This document shows, one piece after another, positions 59,099 through 64,000 of a DNA stretch of 64,000 bases. The translations under genes were made by a program, and so were the position numbers. Origin of the DNA: an uncultured bacterium (lineage in GTDB: Bacteria > Armatimonadota > Hebobacteria > CAIYQO01); contig CAIYQO010000302.1 in the NCBI GenBank assembly GCA_903928345.1, positions 5,680 through 69,679 on the forward strand, in the 5' to 3' direction. The notes beneath the pieces were generated by a model. The model was not told the DNA's origin. It ran no database searches and worked only from the letters and a program-made list of their open reading frames with translations. Within the stretch, counting starts at the first letter, position 1; the number at the start of each line of letters is the position of its first letter.

Positions 59099-59235
59099 AT
59101 GCCTTCGATCGTTGTCGCGCGCGCGAGACCCCGGGTCGTTGCGTCGTCGGGCATTTCGCGCAGCATCACCGTTGCGGTAGTAGTCACGTTTAGGGGCCAT
59201 CGGCACTCGCTCGTCACCGCATACCCGTGACCCGT

Positions 59236-59472
59236 TTACTCTTCTTCAGCGGGCACTTCGAGCAGCTTCACCTTCGCTTCGGAAATTTCCACTAGGGCGC
59301 GCCCGATCAGATTGGCGGGGGTGATGTCCCCGATGCGGCTCTGACGGTCCTTCAGCTCGCGCGCACGCTGCGACACGGCCACCACCAGCCCGTATTTGCC
59401 CAACCGGTGGGCCAGTCGTTCCAGGTTGACCCGCACATGCCCGCCCAGCCGCGGCTCTTCTGCTCTTACCAT
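59236..59472 (-). CDS. Possible RNA polymerase omega subunit (RpoZ-like).
   Basis: 78 aa. LGKYGLVVAVSQRARELK resembles the omega core (RFxLVxxAxxRARQL). Assignment is tentative. Confidence 0.45.
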   Translation of the reverse strand: MVRAEEPRLGGHVRVNLERLAHRLGKYGLVVAVSQRARELKDRQSRIGDITPANLIGRALVEISEAKVKLLEVPAEEE

Positions 59473-59590
59473 AATCCCATTACCTCAAATCCCATTGAAA
59501 ATCCATGCAATTATACGTACCTACGCCGTCGCGGTCAAGGCCGCCTCACGCCGGGATGTCCGCCGCAGTGCGAGGTGGAGTCAACACCGG

Positions 59591-59666
59591 TAGCCGCAGG
59601 TCTTCAGCCTGCGCCATGTGCCGGTGCCGGAAGGAAGATCGAACGCAGGCTAAAGCCTGCGGCTAC
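59591..59666. repeat. Two REP-like GCAGGCT-NNN-AGCCTGC-GGCTAC palindromic units, one of them inverted. Same family as 8883-8955.
   Basis: gtagccgcaggtcttcagcctgcgc (59591-59615, inverted orientation) and cgcaggctaaagcctgcggctac (59644-59666). Confidence 0.55.
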
Positions 59667-59680
59667 GTTCAATCGCCCCG

Positions 59681-60772
59681 TCACTTGCTGCCGAAGCAGA
59701 AGATCGCCCCGTCGCTGGTACCGAGGACCAGGCGACCCTGGGCGATGGCGGGGGAAGCTTTGATCTCGCCGCCGAGGGTAAAGTGCCAGATTTCCGCGCC
59801 GGTGTGCAGGTTGAGGCCGTAGAGCACGCCGTCGCCGGAGCCGGCGTAGACCGTGGCGCCGGCGATGGCGGGCGGCGCGTCGGTGCCGCCTTTCAGCGCA
59901 AACCGCCAGCCGATCTTCCCGGTATCCCGATGCACGCCGACGACCTTTTGCCCCTGCGTGCTGAACACCACCATCTCCCCGTCCACCGCGGCGCCGGCGT
60001 AGCAATTGCCCAGGTTCTCCTCGTTGGCGATGCGCCATGCCACACCGCCGGTCTGCGTGTGCACGGCCAGGTATTCCCCCGTCAGCGCGCCGACATACAC
60101 CGTGCCGTCGGCATAGGCGGGGGAGGCGGCGAAGTTAGTGCTCTCCAGCGCCACATGGGTGATCTGCTTGCCCGTCGCCAGGTTAATCATACGCACCTTG
60201 CCGTCGCAGCCGGCGATGACCACCGCGTTGCCCGCCACGCACGGAGAGCAATGCACCTGCGCGTCCGCCTTGAACTTCCAGCGCGGCGTGTGCTTTTTCA
60301 GATCGAGGCAGTACAGCGTGTCGTCGTAGGAGCCCACCAGCACCACGCCCGGCGCCGGGGTAGCCGAGGAGATGATCTTATCTCCCGTTTTGAAGCGCCA
60401 CAGCCGCTTGCCGGTGGCGCAGTTCACCGCGTGAAAGACCCCGTTCTCGTCGCCCACGTACACCGCGCCACCCACCACGCACGGCGAGGCGGCAATGGAG
60501 GAGCCGGTGGTGTATTTCCACTTCAGCTTGCCCGTCTTCAGCCCGATCGCCAGCAGCGCGCCGGTGGTGGTGCCCACGTAGACGGTGTCCCCGACGATAG
60601 CCGCGGTGGACTCCACCCCGGAGCCGGTTTCATATGTCCACAGCACCTTGGGCACCGGCGGCAACGCGCACCCCGCCACGCCGGTCATCGCCGCGTTGCC
60701 GCGAAACGACGCCCAGTCGTCGGCCAGCGCCGGCGAGAGGAGGAGGAGGGATATGAGAAGGTATTTCAGCAT
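59681..60772 (-). CDS. Secreted PQQ-like beta-propeller repeat protein (BamB-like).
   Basis: Signal peptide MLKYLLISLLLLSPALA. Repeated GxVYxGxxDGxLxAxDxxTGKxxW blades. Confidence 0.7.
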   Translation of the reverse strand: MLKYLLISLLLLSPALADDWASFRGNAAMTGVAGCALPPVPKVLWTYETGSGVESTAAIVGDTVYVGTTTGALLAIGLKTGKLKWKYTTGSSIAASPCVVGGAVYVGDENGVFHAVNCATGKRLWRFKTGDKIISSATPAPGVVLVGSYDDTLYCLDLKKHTPRWKFKADAQVHCSPCVAGNAVVIAGCDGKVRMINLATGKQITHVALESTNFAASPAYADGTVYVGALTGEYLAVHTQTGGVAWRIANEENLGNCYAGAAVDGEMVVFSTQGQKVVGVHRDTGKIGWRFALKGGTDAPPAIAGATVYAGSGDGVLYGLNLHTGAEIWHFTLGGEIKASPAIAQGRLVLGTSDGAIFCFGSK

Positions 60773-60793
60773 GGAATGGCTCCGTAAAGTCTG

Positions 60794-63700
60794 TTAATCG
60801 CCGCGCAACCCGTCGAGCAGCCGCCCGCGGGTGGCGGGCCAGGCGGTGAAGGCGGTGGCGGCGATGCCCAGTGCCAGGTTGCCTCCGAGCATGACGGCCA
60901 CGCCGCCCCAGGCCACGTGGGCGGTACCGAGTTGCGGCGCCACCGCCGCGAGGGCGGCGACGGCCCCGAGAAGCTGCCCGGCAACGAGCAGGCCGATGTT
61001 TTCCAGCAGCAGCAGGCGCACGAGCTGGGCGCGCGTGAAACCGACCGCGAGGAGCAGCGCGAACTCCCGCCGGCGCTCCAGCGCGTTGCGCAGCAGCACC
61101 ACCACCAGTCCCAGCGTGCCCAGCAACAAGCCCAGCCCGCCGAGAGCGAGGAAGCAGGCGAGGTAGGTATTTTCCACCCGCGCGTAGTCGGCCAGCACCT
61201 CGCGCGTCGGATGCACTTCCAGCCCCAGGTCACCCAGTGTGCGCCGCAGGGAAGCCGCCACCGCGTCGGCCTTTTCCCTCGGCGCCGAAATGAGAAAGTA
61301 CCGCGGCGCTGAGATGCCCGGGTACAGCGTGCGGAAGTTGGTGTCGGAGACGAGCAGCGCGTTGGCGAAGAGGCTGCCGGGCAGCACGCCCACGATATGC
61401 AGCGGTGCCGGCGCCCCCGCCAGCGGCACCCGCCCGCCCAACTCCGCGTGCAGCGACCACTCCACGCTATCGGCGTCGCCGAAGGCGGGGAAGGCGTCAT
61501 TTTCCGTCAGCAGCGCCCACGGCTGCGCCGTCGGTTTCGCGGTATTGATGGTGAAGCCGCCGCGTGCGCGCAGCGCGTCCGGCACCCCGAGCAGGCGCGG
61601 GGCGGCGCTCTTCGCCAGGTTCAAACAGCTCACTTCGTCGCCGGGGCTCTCCAGGAAGGGGTAGACCTGTACGCCGGCAAAAAGCGGTTCGTCCTCCGGC
61701 GCGAAACCGAGTTTCTCGCGCCCCGTCGGTGTGCCGAAGTCGTAGAGGATGGGCAGCGAGGCGGTAGCGAGCAGCGTGAAGCCCCCGGCGCCGGAGCGCG
61801 GGTCGCTGACATCGAAGCGCGAGAAGTCACGCACGCTGGCCGCCACGGTGATGAGCAGGAAGCTCGCGCACGCCAGCAGGCCGATCACCAGCACGCTGCG
61901 CCCGCGGTTAGCCGCCGCGTTGCGCAGCGCCAGGCGGGGGAAGGTGGGCACGCCGGGAGTCAACGCGCGCGCGAGCAACTGCCCGCACCCGAGCAACCCC
62001 GCCACGAGCAGCGCCGCGCCGCCGCAGAAGAAGGCCTCCAGCGGGGAGAGGGCGTGCGCCGCGCCGGCGGCAAAGCAGCCGACCGCCAACACCGCGCTGC
62101 CACCCAGCGCCCAGGCGCCGCGCGGTGGGGCGGGCAGCATCGCCAGCGCCTGCGCGCCGCCGAGGAGATCCGTCACCCGCGCCTTTTTCAACGCGCGCGT
62201 CCCCCACCAGGCTGCGGGCAGGCCGATCACAAAGCCCGACACCGCACCAATCCACAGGCTGCCCGGCGTGGCGTGGAACCACAGCGGGGTATCCGCCACC
62301 GCGCCCGCCCACCAGGTGGTCAGCGCGTGCACCACACCCCAGCCGTACAGCGCGCCCAACGGCACACCGATAACGGCCCCAAGCGCTGCCAGTGCGGCGC
62401 CTTCCGCCAGCAAGATACCTGTCACCGTGCGCGGCGCAATGCCCACCGCCAGCAGCAGCCCCACCTCGGCGGCGCGACGGTCGATCAACAAGCGCATGGT
62501 CATCGCCGCCAGCCCGACCGCCGCGGCGATGAGGAAAAAGCCCAGCGCCAGGAAGAGTCCCGCGAAGTCGGTGGCGCCTTCCGAGGCCGCCAGCGCCTGC
62601 GTGCGCACCGGCAGCGTCGGCACCCCCGCGGCTTCCGGGGGCAGCACCGCCGAGAGCGCGGTGGTGAAGCGCCGTGCCTGCGCCGCAAAATCGCCGGCGG
62701 GCACGCTGACGCGCACTCCCGTCACCCAATCCGCCTGTGCCCCCTCCGGCCCGCGCGCCCACAGCGCCCGCGCCGTTTCCAGGCTTACGAAGGCTTTCGG
62801 CGTGGTGCGGTAGCGCTGCCAGTACGTCTCGTCGCGCGGGGTGACGCGGTGCATGTCAACGGGGAAGGGCGGCGCCCATTCGTCGATGCGCTCCGCCGTG
62901 CTGATGCCGCGCAGCGGAGGCACGCAGGCGGTATCCGGCACCGTCGGCACCACGCCGCGCACGGTAAGGGGCCTCGTTTCCGTGCGGTAGACACCGTCCC
63001 ACGCGGGCACCAGGTAGCTGAGCGTCAGCACATCACCCGGCTTTGCGGCCAGATCCTCCGCGCTCCACGTGCTCAACCAGACCCCGTCCCCGTGCGCCTC
63101 CACCCCCGGCGGGGGCGCACCGAGCAGGGCGTAGGACGTGCCGTGCGCCGCGCCGGTGAGTTCGGCAGCGAGGTAAAACGAGGTCGGCGCCGCGCGCACG
63201 CCCGCGCGATCCGCCGCGTCGGCGATGGCCTTCACCATGGGCCGACGCAGCAGCAGGTCGGTGCTCTGCACGGTGAGGGTGCGTGCCGCGGGGTTGGTTT
63301 TCAGTGTCAGGCCCAGGTCGTCGAGGGTGGCGTGCGTCCGTACCGCTTCCGCCAGCTCCGTGCCGTGGGAGACGATTACATTCGCCAGCCCCGCGTCGTC
63401 GAGCTGCCCCTGCAACCAGTGCAAATCGATGAACACGTTGCGCGGGGTTTGCGAAGAGGCCGTCAGCGCGAAGCCCCCCACCCCGCGGTCGGGCAGGATG
63501 GCCGCCACGGTAAGGCGTACCGTACGCAGCGCCGCTTGCCGGGAGCGCTGCGCGAAGAGGGAATCCGCCGGCCCGGCCCCCGCGCGCGGCACGTGGAGAA
63601 TTACGTCGTCCCCCACCGCCACGCCCAGGTCGCGCGCCAGCGCCGCATTCACCGCCGCCTGCCGCCCGTTCACCGGGTTCGCGGTACCGAAGAGCGCCCA

Positions 63701-63961
63701 GAAGCGTCCCTCCACGCCATACACCTGCACGCGGGGCACGGTGGCGTCGTTCTCCGCCGTCAGCGCGCCGCGCGTCTGCAGCAGGGGGGCGTCCGACCCG
63801 GCCAACGCCTCGCGGAAGGCATGGCTGCCGACGGTCGCCGTGGATATAGCGCCCAGCCGTGCCAGCGCGGTGTCGCGCAGGCTGCCGCGCACGGAATCAC
63901 CCACCAGTAGCGAACCGGTGATCACCGCCGTGGCCGTCGCCAGCGCCAGTGCCACGGCCAT
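60794..63961 (-). CDS. Large ABC-transporter permease with duplicated FtsX/MacB-type domains (LolE/MacB-like).
   Basis: 1055 aa. Two sets of 4-TM FtsX-like modules (ALGFFLIAAAVGLAAMTM... and LGGLGLLLGTLGLVVVLLRNALERRREFALLLAVGF...) with large periplasmic loops. N-terminus close to the window end. Confidence 0.7.
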   Translation of the reverse strand: MAVALALATATAVITGSLLVGDSVRGSLRDTALARLGAISTATVGSHAFREALAGSDAPLLQTRGALTAENDATVPRVQVYGVEGRFWALFGTANPVNGRQAAVNAALARDLGVAVGDDVILHVPRAGAGPADSLFAQRSRQAALRTVRLTVAAILPDRGVGGFALTASSQTPRNVFIDLHWLQGQLDDAGLANVIVSHGTELAEAVRTHATLDDLGLTLKTNPAARTLTVQSTDLLLRRPMVKAIADAADRAGVRAAPTSFYLAAELTGAAHGTSYALLGAPPPGVEAHGDGVWLSTWSAEDLAAKPGDVLTLSYLVPAWDGVYRTETRPLTVRGVVPTVPDTACVPPLRGISTAERIDEWAPPFPVDMHRVTPRDETYWQRYRTTPKAFVSLETARALWARGPEGAQADWVTGVRVSVPAGDFAAQARRFTTALSAVLPPEAAGVPTLPVRTQALAASEGATDFAGLFLALGFFLIAAAVGLAAMTMRLLIDRRAAEVGLLLAVGIAPRTVTGILLAEGAALAALGAVIGVPLGALYGWGVVHALTTWWAGAVADTPLWFHATPGSLWIGAVSGFVIGLPAAWWGTRALKKARVTDLLGGAQALAMLPAPPRGAWALGGSAVLAVGCFAAGAAHALSPLEAFFCGGAALLVAGLLGCGQLLARALTPGVPTFPRLALRNAAANRGRSVLVIGLLACASFLLITVAASVRDFSRFDVSDPRSGAGGFTLLATASLPILYDFGTPTGREKLGFAPEDEPLFAGVQVYPFLESPGDEVSCLNLAKSAAPRLLGVPDALRARGGFTINTAKPTAQPWALLTENDAFPAFGDADSVEWSLHAELGGRVPLAGAPAPLHIVGVLPGSLFANALLVSDTNFRTLYPGISAPRYFLISAPREKADAVAASLRRTLGDLGLEVHPTREVLADYARVENTYLACFLALGGLGLLLGTLGLVVVLLRNALERRREFALLLAVGFTRAQLVRLLLLENIGLLVAGQLLGAVAALAAVAPQLGTAHVAWGGVAVMLGGNLALGIAATAFTAWPATRGRLLDGLRGD

Positions 63962-64000
63962 GCCGGTCCGCGCAAAGCCGCACAGGTTGCGGGCTATCAG

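Noticed and set aside
61397-63910. 837-aa plus-strand ORF opposite the FtsX permease.
   Set aside because: Extreme R/A/G composition. The minus-strand permease has clear TM repeats.

Overview
High-GC (~68-70%) bacterial chromosomal window dominated by a complete minus-strand ribosomal-protein supercluster (43980 down to 19613). Transcriptional order: rpsL-rpsG-fusA, then rpsJ-rplC-rplD-rplW-rplB-rpsS-rplV-rpsC-rplP-rpmC-rpsQ, then an EF-G paralog, then rplN-rplX-rplE-rpsZ-rpsH-rplF-rplR-rpsE-rpmD-rplO-secY-adk-map-infA-rpmJ-rpsM-rpsK-rpsD-rpoA-rplQ-truA-rplM-rpsI, then rpsT. The left flank (1-19.5 kb) holds a putative sugar/cell-wall-related cluster (toroid-like hypothetical, nucleotidyltransferase-like, beta-lactamase-family serine hydrolase, two URO-D family proteins, sugar-phosphate isomerase), rtcB, etfB plus ferredoxin-fused etfA, a GH63-like glycosidase, a VOC protein, a large membrane coiled-coil/low-complexity protein, cyclophilin PPIase, dut and thyX. 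The right flank (44-64 kb) holds an LptD-like OMP, a TPR protein, NfeD, an amidohydrolase, tmk-darA, trpC, a SigH-like sigma factor, a frameshifted Uma2 endonuclease, an RCK K+-channel, an SPFH protein, two tandem prepilin-like H-X9-DG proteins, dnaJ, an rpoZ-like gene, a PQQ beta-propeller (BamB-like) and a large FtsX-type ABC permease. Points of note: an EF-G2-type paralog wedged between rpsQ and rplN while canonical fusA carries an apparent 1-nt frameshift; idiosyncratic insertions and extensions in several ribosomal proteins; a family of small REP-like palindromes and several very long intergenic hairpins; and an AT-rich heptamer-repeat palindrome between etfB and etfA. I did not find any tRNA, rRNA, CRISPR array or obvious transposase. 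All functional calls rest on my reading of the ORF translations and on motif recall; I ran no database search.
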